From a virus (lineage: Duplodnaviria; Caudoviricetes), in the IMG/VR virus record IMGVR_UViG_3300005573_000129, positions 1 to 48,800 of that record: a DNA stretch of 48,800 bases; one strand, given 5' to 3'. The translations under genes and the position numbers were made by a program. Positions within the stretch are counted from its first letter, which is position 1. Each line of letters begins with the position of its first letter. Of this stretch, positions 19,540 to 29,102 are shown in pieces. Under the pieces are notes generated by a model that did not search any database, was not told where the DNA came from, and saw nothing but the letters and a program-made list of their open reading frames with translations.

Positions 19540-22447
19540 ATACTCAATTCCTATTTCTATTCGTTTTGAGATTACTGGAATTCCAGAGTTTAAGACTGGT
19601 ATTGAGAATATTAAGTCTATATTAGGCGAACTTAATTCTTACATTAAGGGCACTTACAGAGATACTGGTAAGATACTTGAATTAGCATCTGCATATGAAA
19701 ATCTTGCAAGTAAGCTTACATCTACAAAGAGTTCTTATTATGCATACTCTGATGCTGGCATTAAGGCATTTAAAGAGCTTGAATCAAAAGGTGCTGGCAA
19801 TTTAGCTTCTTTTATGGATTATCTTGAAACTATAAAAAACAAAGTCCCAGAAGTATATGAAGCATTCAAAACACAACTGCTAAAGTCAGGTCCTGCAAGT
19901 GGTAAAGTTTGGCAATTAATTACTAAAGAAGGGAAAGAATCTCTTTTAGAGCTAAAGAAAAGTGGTAAAGCTACTAATGAGGAGATTGAAGACTTTAAAA
20001 AATATGCCAAAATTGGTTGGGTAGCAGTAAGAGACCTTGGTCAAGCTTACAAGAAAGAAGGTAAGCCTCTAATTTCATATGCTGAAATGTGGAAAGACCT
20101 TTCTAATAAAATAGGTCTTTCTTCTGATGAATTAAAAATGCTGGAGGGTAGATTGCAAGGTGCTGGATTAAGTCTTGAAGAATTTCTTAATTTGAAAGCT
20201 ACAAAGAAGTCGCCATTTATAGGGCTTGAAAGCAATTTAAGGATTCTTGATCAGTTTAAAGAAAAAACTGGCATTGCATTTGATGAGATTGCAAAAGCAT
20301 TTCCTGATTTTAAGTTCATGCTTACAAAAAGAATTAGTCCAGAAACTTTGGATAAATTAATGGAAGCTTATACAAGAGAATTTGAGAATTTATCAGAGTC
20401 CCAACAAAATATAATTAGGAAGTATTGGTCTGGTCGTGGAATCAATATAGATGAAGTATCACAGCAATTCAAGCTTCTTGGCTATAGTATTAATACATTT
20501 GCTAAAAGTGGTAATCTGTTTACATCAGCATCTCAAACTATAAGTGAGAACTTTAAATTAATTGATGAGTTCTCAAAGAAGACTGGAATTAGTTTTGATG
20601 AGCTTGCAAGTGGAATCCCTAATTTTTCAGAATTAATGACTCGTAAGCTTAAGCCTTCTGATGTAGAGAGCATAATTACAGGGCTTACTAAAGAGTATGG
20701 GACTCTATCTGATGCTTCTAAAGAAGTTGTGAATAAGTTTTACAAAACTACAAGAGGCATAGATGTTTCAGGACTTGCTAAAGATTTAGCATCTTTTGGC
20801 GTTCCATTAGAACAAGCTGTAGGTGGATTCAAAGATGTAGATCGTGGGATGAGGACTCTAATCAGAAGCATGGCTACTGTTAGAGGATTTGCAGAGCAAA
20901 ACATGATCACTATGACGGACCTTTCTGCCATATATCCTGAACTTGGATCATCTATAATGACTGCAATTAAACCAGAAGCTTTGCTTGGTGGTATTATTAG
21001 GAAAACTGCAGATTATATGAGTCTTTCAATGGAAGAACAAAGAGCTTTAGCTAAATTCTGGGAATCTAAAGGAGTAGACATTACAGAAGCCTTTGTCGGT
21101 GCAAGAGGAATTGTTTATGGAACAAAAGAAGCTTCATTGGCATTAAAGCAAGTTCAAGGAGAACTTGGCTCTACTGGCATGGCAGTAATGCTGTTGGGCA
21201 GACAGATGCTTTGGGTAGGGCTTGGATCAATGTTTCTTTCTATGTCTATGGAAAGAGTCTTTAAATCAAATCTTAAGACAAAGCAAAGTGCATTGACTCT
21301 ATTGAGGACTGAAATAGCATTAACAGAACAAAAGAAACAATTGCGTGATATTATATCTGAATATGGTGCTGGTTCTGAAGAAGCAAGAAAAGCTATTACT
21401 GAATATAATCTTGCACAAGAACAAGCAAAAGTGCAAAATGAGTCATTGATCCAAAGCATTAGGTCTGAAAACCTTGCTATGGCTCAAATGGTGTTGTCTG
21501 GGTTTGGTCAAATCGTTGCTATGGGAACTATGATCAACCAACCAATAATGATGTTGAATGCTGGTCTTGGAAAAGTAATAGTCGGTGCAGAACAAGCTAT
21601 GGTCAAAGTCCAGCAGATGACTGCTGAACTAATGAAAATGTATGGCATCACAGATGTTGGTACTGCTAAATTAAATATGAATTCAATAGCAATGGCTCAA
21701 AATACAGAACAACTACAAACTAACATTCTTGCTAAAGAAGGAAATGCATTATCCACAAATACACTATCTGCATCAACGGAAATATCAAGCATGTCTAAAC
21801 AAATAGAAACTAATGCGACTGCACAGAATACAAGGGCTGAATTACAAGATGCTGTTGCAAAACAAGCTAATGCCAATTCAATATTATTCTTAATACCAAG
21901 AATAGCAAAATTACTCGGAATAAAGATGGCGTATAATCAGGTTACTGCTACGACTTTAATGCTTGAGAATTTGTTATGGGGTGCAATTACAATAGGCGGA
22001 ACTATGTTGGCTACTTATGCATTTACTGAATGGCAAACAAAAATGCAATCTGATGCTCTGAATGAGTCTACTAAAAATTTGAAAAAGAACATTGACAAAC
22101 TTCGTAAAGGTTCTGGAGTAGTTGATCTAAATGCAAGCATGGAGAAGTATAATAATACGCTATATGAATCTATTAAGTTCTCTAATACAATGTCTGGCTC
22201 TGTTAAAACATTAGAAATGAATGTGAATAGATCAATAAAAGCTACATTGCCACCAGAGAAGATTGCAATTGCAGAGTATAAATATCCAGAAATTAAAACA
22301 GCAGATACAGAGTTAGTGCAAAAGAATACTACAAGCATAGGGAGCATTATAATAAATGTAAACTCTTCAAACGGTGATCCAAGAGAAATAGCAAATGAAG
22401 TCAATTCAAGGCTAATCAAAAGATTGACTGCTGTAGGTGTTGCATAA
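19526..22447 (+). CDS. tail tape measure protein
   Basis: 973 aa, helical, Ala/Gly/Met-rich hydrophobic segments; C-terminal 'IIINVNS..DPREIA.EV' motif; synteny. Confidence 0.8.
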   Translation: MSEDRYSIPISIRFEITGIPEFKTGIENIKSILGELNSYIKGTYRDTGKILELASAYENLASKLTSTKSSYYAYSDAGIKAFKELESKGAGNLASFMDYLETIKNKVPEVYEAFKTQLLKSGPASGKVWQLITKEGKESLLELKKSGKATNEEIEDFKKYAKIGWVAVRDLGQAYKKEGKPLISYAEMWKDLSNKIGLSSDELKMLEGRLQGAGLSLEEFLNLKATKKSPFIGLESNLRILDQFKEKTGIAFDEIAKAFPDFKFMLTKRISPETLDKLMEAYTREFENLSESQQNIIRKYWSGRGINIDEVSQQFKLLGYSINTFAKSGNLFTSASQTISENFKLIDEFSKKTGISFDELASGIPNFSELMTRKLKPSDVESIITGLTKEYGTLSDASKEVVNKFYKTTRGIDVSGLAKDLASFGVPLEQAVGGFKDVDRGMRTLIRSMATVRGFAEQNMITMTDLSAIYPELGSSIMTAIKPEALLGGIIRKTADYMSLSMEEQRALAKFWESKGVDITEAFVGARGIVYGTKEASLALKQVQGELGSTGMAVMLLGRQMLWVGLGSMFLSMSMERVFKSNLKTKQSALTLLRTEIALTEQKKQLRDIISEYGAGSEEARKAITEYNLAQEQAKVQNESLIQSIRSENLAMAQMVLSGFGQIVAMGTMINQPIMMLNAGLGKVIVGAEQAMVKVQQMTAELMKMYGITDVGTAKLNMNSIAMAQNTEQLQTNILAKEGNALSTNTLSASTEISSMSKQIETNATAQNTRAELQDAVAKQANANSILFLIPRIAKLLGIKMAYNQVTATTLMLENLLWGAITIGGTMLATYAFTEWQTKMQSDALNESTKNLKKNIDKLRKGSGVVDLNASMEKYNNTLYESIKFSNTMSGSVKTLEMNVNRSIKATLPPEKIAIAEYKYPEIKTADTELVQKNTTSIGSIIINVNSSNGDPREIANEVNSRLIKRLTAVGVA

Positions 22448-24870
22448 TGGTAGATTATTATACTAAAGAATGGTTTGGGAGCATTAATATCTACCACGGA
22501 GGCTCTGTATTTGAGGTTACACCACATAATTTTGAGATCAATATGCCAAGCAATTCAGAGCCTTTTTCTTGTGAGGTAAAGTGGATTAATAATAACAAAT
22601 TAGGCAATACAATAGTCCCAAACTCTATTTATTGTGGAGATACTATTGAAATATATGCTGGAACACTGCCATCTTCTTCTACTTTATTGTTTAGGGGTAG
22701 AATATTCAAAATAGGCTCTGAATATACTGGAGATTACAAAGTCTACCCAGAGCATAAAATTACAGCATATGGGTTTTTGAAGGACTTAATGGGATACTAT
22801 AGAAGAGGAAATATTTCTTCTAATAAAGCTTCAACAATATTGACAAATCTTGCAATTGAACTTAAGAATAAAGGGGTTATATCTGATTATTCAATAAATG
22901 TAGTGTCTGATCCTACTGTCAAGAAAATATCTGGTGATAAATCATACCACGAAATAATAGAGCAAATTTGTAATGATGCTAACTTGTTTTATTATGTAGA
23001 TCACAATAAAGTGTTGAAAATAGGGAGTAAAGGCAGTGGAACTTTAAATGGTGTTTTAACTCCAGATTTCCAAGCTAGTATAGAATGGGATACAAGCAAT
23101 ATAATTAACACTCTAAATATTCTTGGAAGTCCTACATATCAGATTGGTAGTGATCTTGAGTATTCAGAAGATACTACAAATTGGACTGGTTATTATGGTA
23201 CTATCTATGGAGGCAATACTATATTAGCACAAACTACTGTATCATTAGATTCTACACTAGTATCTCCAGATGTTGGGGACTTTGGCATTAGAGTCCAAGC
23301 TATGTCTACAATTTGTGTATCTCTGATGAGAACATTTGATACTGCACTTGATCTCTCATATGGTGGAAACATACATTTTGTTTTGTCTAATGGATGCCGT
23401 AATAATCCATCAATATTAGCTTATGAAGTAACAAGGGCATTATTCCCTACGAGGAATGTTTATAGGTTGTGTGCTTACAATGATTATTTTAATTATTTCT
23501 ATACCACTATTACTGTATCTGGCGGTAGTTGGAAGAAAGTAATTACAAATCCTTTTGATTACTTTGATTTTGAAAATAGAATTGTATCTATGGATATTGG
23601 GTATAATAATCTTGATGATGTTAACTGGCTTACTATGGGAAATCCGTCTTGGAATAGCATTTCAGTAGTTGGTTGGCATTTGTTAGAGCCTCTTGGTTCT
23701 GAATATTCATTTTTGGTAATAGATGACTTCTATTTCAAAGACCAAGAACTTCATGTAAGTTATGCAAATAGTCAATCCGTATCTAAATATGGTGTAAGGG
23801 AAGGGCAACCAATTCGTGATTCTGATATTACATCTGAAGAAATAGCACAACTTATTGCTCAAAGGCTTGTAAATGCTTATTCTAAACCAACACTTAAGGC
23901 TTTGAATATTAGAGTTGATCCAGATAAAATCTGGAGTTTACCACTTGGATATAATGCAACTATTAGCGTAGGTGGCATAAATGCTGTTTCTGTAATAGAC
24001 AACATTAAGTTTTCATGTGATGGCAAAAACCTTTCTGGGGACTTGGACTTATCAGACGTATATGTTCCCAAGATAGAAAATATATTCAAAAAGATGAAGT
24101 CATTGCTTGACTATGTAAATTGGGATATAGGGAAATTCAAAAGCATTGCACAGCATTATGCTCTGCTTGATAATCCTACAGATTTGTATGGATGGGAAAG
24201 AGTTAGCAATGATTTAGGATTCGATTTAGAGACAAATTACCAAAAATATGATTTATTGAATTCTTCATCTGATTATGATATCCATTCTTATACTGGTTGT
24301 ACATTTGCAATAACATTTGGAAGGCTTACAGTGTATTCAAAGGATGGAAATGAGGCTTATGGTCTTGCCAAGTATGAAACATTTGACAATGATGAAACTT
24401 GGAGGTTAAGAGTACAAGCAAGAATGAATATGTCCGGAAGCATACCTACTTCGGTATTTGGTTGGGGATTTGCTTCTACGATTTATGTAGATGAGTATAG
24501 CTATTTCACAGTAGAGAATTTCTTGGGGTTGTTTGGAGTACCTAATGATAATTCAAGTTCAATTAGATTAAAGTTAGGATATAATTATACATATTCGGAT
24601 ACTGGTGGAACATTTAACTCATATACAGTAAAAGAATACCCTCTTTCTGATGGTGAATGGCATAATCTAGAGATTAGACATTATTACAATGAGGATTCAA
24701 ACACTTCAAGCATAGATGTATATGAAGATAATACAAAGTTATTCTCCATTGGTAATTTAACTCCTATAAGTGCTACTATAAAGCCAGCATTCTTCTCGTC
24801 TACATACTATACTCCAAGCACAGTATCGTTTGATATCAAGTATGCTACAGCATTGCAATATTGGGTGTAG
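22447..24870 (+). CDS. tail tip/baseplate-hub protein with carbohydrate-binding-like inserts
   Basis: LFRGRI..I, FYYVD..KVL, SVSKYGVRE...D.DI motifs of hub/Tal proteins; aromatic beta-rich C-terminus. Confidence 0.65.
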   Translation: MVDYYTKEWFGSINIYHGGSVFEVTPHNFEINMPSNSEPFSCEVKWINNNKLGNTIVPNSIYCGDTIEIYAGTLPSSSTLLFRGRIFKIGSEYTGDYKVYPEHKITAYGFLKDLMGYYRRGNISSNKASTILTNLAIELKNKGVISDYSINVVSDPTVKKISGDKSYHEIIEQICNDANLFYYVDHNKVLKIGSKGSGTLNGVLTPDFQASIEWDTSNIINTLNILGSPTYQIGSDLEYSEDTTNWTGYYGTIYGGNTILAQTTVSLDSTLVSPDVGDFGIRVQAMSTICVSLMRTFDTALDLSYGGNIHFVLSNGCRNNPSILAYEVTRALFPTRNVYRLCAYNDYFNYFYTTITVSGGSWKKVITNPFDYFDFENRIVSMDIGYNNLDDVNWLTMGNPSWNSISVVGWHLLEPLGSEYSFLVIDDFYFKDQELHVSYANSQSVSKYGVREGQPIRDSDITSEEIAQLIAQRLVNAYSKPTLKALNIRVDPDKIWSLPLGYNATISVGGINAVSVIDNIKFSCDGKNLSGDLDLSDVYVPKIENIFKKMKSLLDYVNWDIGKFKSIAQHYALLDNPTDLYGWERVSNDLGFDLETNYQKYDLLNSSSDYDIHSYTGCTFAITFGRLTVYSKDGNEAYGLAKYETFDNDETWRLRVQARMNMSGSIPTSVFGWGFASTIYVDEYSYFTVENFLGLFGVPNDNSSSIRLKLGYNYTYSDTGGTFNSYTVKEYPLSDGEWHNLEIRHYYNEDSNTSSIDVYEDNTKLFSIGNLTPISATIKPAFFSSTYYTPSTVSFDIKYATALQYWV

Positions 24871-24873
24871 CAT

Positions 24874-25089
24874 ATGAATTTAGCAATTTTATTGGCTTTG
24901 AAGAAAAGTAAACTTACAGAGTCAGATGCAAGTAAGATCATCTTACTTTCCAAGAATGTTAAAAGCTTAAATTTAGACTTTACAGGCATTGCTAAAGTAT
25001 CAAAACAATTTTTCATTAAGCTTAAAGAATTAAAGAAAGATGTGAATATCTATAATTTCAAAGGTGAGATATATGACGAGAGTTTGTAA
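24874..25089 (+). CDS. small STAS-like (DUF4325-like) protein
   Basis: LDFTGI..VS..FF..L motif. Confidence 0.4.
   Translation: MNLAILLALKKSKLTESDASKIILLSKNVKSLNLDFTGIAKVSKQFFIKLKELKKDVNIYNFKGEIYDESL
24930..24948. promoter_or_regulatory. 19-bp palindrome AAGTAAGATCATCTTACTT upstream of the terminase genes
   Basis: Read directly; member of the dispersed motif family. Confidence 0.6.
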
Positions 25090-25612
25090 AGTTTGTCAAA
25101 GTCCTAACAAAACAAAATATGAACTTATGTATACTGAAGAAGACAAAGACATTAGGCAAATTTGGAGATATGCTATGTCAGTAGGGGATACCAATGTATC
25201 ATATCAGTCTTTAAGTAGGCATATGAAAAATCATTTGATGAAAGAACTGGCATATCAAAGAGGAAAAGAGTCTGGCAGGAATGAAGTATTAAGCAAAGTC
25301 CTACAACAAGATATTGAAATTGCCAAAGAGATACGAGATCATTTGCAGATTATACATAAACAAATAGAGAAATACAAAGACAGAGATGATCTTGAGCCAG
25401 AAGAAGTTAAAATATTGCAAGATTGGATTAACCAAGCAAGATTGACAATAGAACAATTATTGAAGCATGAAGAAAGATTAATGCCACCAAAATCCAATCT
25501 TGAAGGAATTAGCAATAAATTATTGAAGCTTGTAGAAGATTTCCCTCCAGAGTATCTTGCCAAATTTACAGAAAGGCTTGGTGAATTGCTGAAAGATATG
25601 AGGAATGAATAA
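25073..25612 (+). CDS. probable terminase small subunit
   Basis: AAGGTGA RBS before ATG 25073; CKVC...SYQSLSRH..NH HTH/Zn N-terminus plus coiled coil; directly upstream of TerL. Confidence 0.6.
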   Translation: MTRVCKVCQSPNKTKYELMYTEEDKDIRQIWRYAMSVGDTNVSYQSLSRHMKNHLMKELAYQRGKESGRNEVLSKVLQQDIEIAKEIRDHLQIIHKQIEKYKDRDDLEPEEVKILQDWINQARLTIEQLLKHEERLMPPKSNLEGISNKLLKLVEDFPPEYLAKFTERLGELLKDMRNE

Positions 25613-25624
25613 TGGTGGAATTGA

Positions 25625-26938
25625 ATGTCAGACTCAAGCAAGATACTTGAAGAATTACAAGAGAAAGCTAAACTATTATTATGGTATAAAGATTCTTCTA
25701 TTTTTTTCAAGGATGTATTTGGAAGTGAGCCTTATCCTTATCAAAAGAAAGTATTGGAAGAATTGAAAGACCCAAGCATTCATAGAGTGCTTATAACTGC
25801 TTCTGGAGGATCAGGAAAGACTAAATTAGTAGCCTGTCATGCATTATGGTTGGCAATACCTTTTGCATTGCAAGAAAATCGTTCTGTTAGCATAGTAATC
25901 ATTTCAGGATCACAGAACCAAGCAAGGACTTTGTATGGATACATCAAGGAAGGGATAGAGAATACACCTTTATTGCAAAAGTATGTAGATGGTGAAATTA
26001 CTCAAAGTTTTACTAAATTCAAGAATGGCAGTTCTGTTTCAGCAGTCCCTAATTCACAAAAGGCTATTCAGAGTTTGCATAAAGATGTAGTAATTATAGA
26101 TGAACCTTGTCTTGCTGGGGACTTTGTAATAGATGATGCTAAAAGGATAGTAGTAAAAGACAATTCACTTGATAAGATCATCTTACTTGGAACACCATTT
26201 GTACCTCCTGAAAGCAAAGTGAAATCTACAAAGTTCATTGATATGTATATGGATAAAGAAAAGTTCCCAGAATGGAAGAGATACCATTGGAATGCTATGG
26301 ATTGCCCTAATGTTACAGCTGAACAAATAGAAGAAGCAAAGAGGACTTTGAGTGAGGAAATGTTTTCAATATTCTGGCTTGGAGAACCTTATTTTGTTGG
26401 TGAATCTTTGATTCCTTTTGATCAGCTTAAAGAGGCATCTTTGGATGTGAAGACTCAATATGATCCTAATTATCCTGCAGTTGCTGGCATAGACTGGGGA
26501 TACAAGCATGAGACTTCTCTTACAATAGCACAGAAACGGGATGATATTTGGTACGTAATCTATAATGAAGGATGGAGGCTTACTGAATATGAAGACTTGC
26601 AAGAGAAAGTCTATCATATATGCAAACAGTTCAATGTTGAAGTAATATATGCAGATGCTGAAGCAATTGGTGAGAATCAAAGGCTTGAATCTAAAGGATT
26701 GAGAGTAGTCCCAATACCTTTTGTAAAATATAGGACTCAATTGCAAGCTAATTTGCAGGTGTTGTTTGCTAAAAGAAGAATTAGGATAGATGAAAATATG
26801 ATAAAGCTGAAAGAGCAACTTCGTAAGTATAATTGGGATGTGAAAATTAATGATGATAGAGTAGATAGTCTGATGCTTGCTGTGAATAACATATTTGATG
26901 AGGAAAGTAGTAATATTCCGTTGTTAAGAATATTATGA
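25625..26938 (+). CDS. terL: terminase large subunit
   Basis: PYPYQ Q-motif, Walker A ASGGSGKT, Walker B VVIIDE, LGTP, RNase H GIDWG, YADA, DDRVDSL. Confidence 0.9.
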   Translation: MSDSSKILEELQEKAKLLLWYKDSSIFFKDVFGSEPYPYQKKVLEELKDPSIHRVLITASGGSGKTKLVACHALWLAIPFALQENRSVSIVIISGSQNQARTLYGYIKEGIENTPLLQKYVDGEITQSFTKFKNGSSVSAVPNSQKAIQSLHKDVVIIDEPCLAGDFVIDDAKRIVVKDNSLDKIILLGTPFVPPESKVKSTKFIDMYMDKEKFPEWKRYHWNAMDCPNVTAEQIEEAKRTLSEEMFSIFWLGEPYFVGESLIPFDQLKEASLDVKTQYDPNYPAVAGIDWGYKHETSLTIAQKRDDIWYVIYNEGWRLTEYEDLQEKVYHICKQFNVEVIYADAEAIGENQRLESKGLRVVPIPFVKYRTQLQANLQVLFAKRRIRIDENMIKLKEQLRKYNWDVKINDDRVDSLMLAVNNIFDEESSNIPLLRIL

Positions 26939-26958
26939 TAGAGCTGGAGGGACATTAG

Positions 26959-27939
26959 ATAGCTTCGCTTATCGGATGGAGATATAAGAAACAATTTTCT
27001 ATTATAGGATCAGGCTTTGCTGACCTTAGATATCAAATCAAAATTGTTGTTCACTATGGCTCTGGAACTGATAACGGGTCTGATGTTTATCTTAATAGAA
27101 AATGTAGATCAGACTTTGGAGATATTAGATTTACAGATGCTGATGAAAATTTATTGGATTACTGGATTGAAACTTATGTAGCATCTAATTATGCACTATT
27201 TTGGGTTGAGATAGCAAATAATCTTTCTTTTGGGAATACTCAAAATGCTATAATTTGGTATGGCAATTCTGTAGCAACTACAACAAGCAATGGAGCTAGC
27301 ACATTTATAGATTTTGATGATTTCTTGACTGACACGCTTGCGAACTACGTGCAGATAGATAGCGGTTGGAGCATAAATACAAATGCATCCGGATATTTGG
27401 TGTCACCAAGCTCAAGCGGGCAACAAGGATTCATATCTAAAGATGAGGGCTTAGCTAGGGTATACGCCCTTAGAGCTAAAGTCTATATGTCATCAGCTGA
27501 TGCTGGCATTGGTTTTATCTGGGGGACTGCTGGAGGAGGTGAGAGTAGCGTAAATGGTTATATTCAAAACTATTCCCCGTCTACAATAAGTAGTCAACTC
27601 ATGAAATATGATTCTGGCTCTCCGACAAATCTTGCAAATCTTCCAGCATTAAGTGCTGGTTGGTATCTAATGGAGTTGAGGTTAACTTTTTGGACGGTTA
27701 TAGCTGTTAGGGATACAACAGTGGATGCCACCGCAGATCACTCATCAATCACAATGATTTGGGGTGTAGGTTTTAGACAAAAAGCGGCTAGCACTAACAT
27801 AATTGATTGGTGGGCAGTTAGAAAATACGTTAGCCCTGAACCTTACATTTCTACTTGGTCTGGAGAAATTGAAAATAGTCAATTGCAATTAAGGAGCCAA
27901 TATGGCATCTACCCAAGGAATATCAGAGTTACAAAATAG
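26959..27939 (+). CDS. second DUF2341 adhesin-like protein; probable non-canonical (ATA) start
   Basis: Frame open from ATA 26959: IASLIGWRYKKQF...YQIKIVVHYGSGTDNGSDVYLNRKCRSDFGDIRFTD; GGAGG upstream; the first canonical start (TTG 27154) lies inside the domain. Confidence 0.6.
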   Translation: MASLIGWRYKKQFSIIGSGFADLRYQIKIVVHYGSGTDNGSDVYLNRKCRSDFGDIRFTDADENLLDYWIETYVASNYALFWVEIANNLSFGNTQNAIIWYGNSVATTTSNGASTFIDFDDFLTDTLANYVQIDSGWSINTNASGYLVSPSSSGQQGFISKDEGLARVYALRAKVYMSSADAGIGFIWGTAGGGESSVNGYIQNYSPSTISSQLMKYDSGSPTNLANLPALSAGWYLMELRLTFWTVIAVRDTTVDATADHSSITMIWGVGFRQKAASTNIIDWWAVRKYVSPEPYISTWSGEIENSQLQLRSQYGIYPRNIRVTK

Positions 27940-28558
27940 AGTCTAACTCGTATAGGGAATTGATCATAAATCCATTATTTTTATTTTTAATTCCACTTCT
28001 ATCCAAATAATATGATTTAATACCACAGGACTTTGGAACAAAATAGTCAAACTCATAGCTATCTCCAATATGGGTCAGTTCACTTTTATTGATTCCGAGG
28101 TCTTTGCATATTTTTAGGAATACTGGCTTGGACTTTATATCATTATACATAGACACTGTGGAAATTACTTTTTTGAATTTATTTGGCAACAATTTACAAG
28201 TTTCTATTAGGACATATTCTGGGGAATGAGAGCAAATTACTAATTCATATCTTTCACAAAGCCTATCAACGATATAAACCGCATCTTCAAAGACTTCTAT
28301 TCTATGCAACAATTTTTGGATAATTTCTTCCTTGGTCGTATTTAATTTGAATTTCTTTATCCAATAATTTAAATCATAGTATTTGACATTCCTGCATCCT
28401 ATGGATTCATATGATTTTTCTACAAAGTCCAAAGCACTAATCTTGTCTATATGTTTCTTTTCTGCTACCATTTGTGGTATGAGACTTCTGTAAAGATAAT
28501 TGTAGAATGACATTTTTATCAAAGTCCCATCCATATCAAATGAGATTACTTCAACCAT
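27929..28558 (-). CDS. HAD-superfamily hydrolase
   Basis: FDMDGTL motif I, K..P, HIGDSYEFD motif IV; GGTGA RBS supports ATG at 28558. Confidence 0.85.
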   Translation of the reverse strand: MVEVISFDMDGTLIKMSFYNYLYRSLIPQMVAEKKHIDKISALDFVEKSYESIGCRNVKYYDLNYWIKKFKLNTTKEEIIQKLLHRIEVFEDAVYIVDRLCERYELVICSHSPEYVLIETCKLLPNKFKKVISTVSMYNDIKSKPVFLKICKDLGINKSELTHIGDSYEFDYFVPKSCGIKSYYLDRSGIKNKNNGFMINSLYELDSIL

Positions 28559-28850
28559 ATTAATCACCCATAACAGTATCACCGATACTCTATAAAATTT
28601 CCTATTCAGGAAGATCATCTTACTTTATGGGAGTAATCCCAATCTTCCGAGGAGTCCACTTTACGCCATAGTAGCTACTACGAGTATCCCATAGCAAAAA
28701 AGAAAGATCATCTTACAAAAGGATGCCAACATTCCAAATTAGACCAAGGCTATCAAAAAAAAGTTATCTGCATTCCATTCCAATATATAATGAAGCTATT
28801 TTATCTTACATGGAAGATAGATTCAGATACGATTTCTCTTACATTTTTAC

Positions 28851-29065
28851 AGTAATCGTTTCGTTATATAATAATGTGTTACAGTATTATTCTTGAGTGG
28901 AAGAGCCACTAGTAATCGTTTTATTATATAATAATGAGGTACAGTATTTTTTGTGTGTGGAAGAGCCATTGATAATCGTTTTGCTATATTATAATATCTA
29001 AAATACTCCAAGCCCATTCCTTTTACTCAACGTTATCGTTTCTTTTTATAGTAATGAGGTGCAAT
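28851..29065. repeat. non-coding array with 60-bp period (two near-identical and two degenerate units)
   Basis: ATCGTTT recurs at 28855, 28915, 28975 and 29035, followed by TATA.TAAT-like blocks; units 1-2 also share acagtatt...gtggaagagcca. Confidence 0.8.
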
Positions 29066-29102
29066 GCAACTACATAGTTACATAATTTTGAATTTTATGG
29101 TA

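Noticed and set aside
3627-27939. Diversity-generating retroelement acting on the DUF2341 copies
   Set aside because: No reverse transcriptase ORF in the window, and no TR/VR pair differing mainly at adenines was seen
28851-29065. Canonical CRISPR array
   Set aside because: The repeats are too degenerate, the first two 'spacers' are near-identical, and no cas genes are present; kept only as an unexplained array
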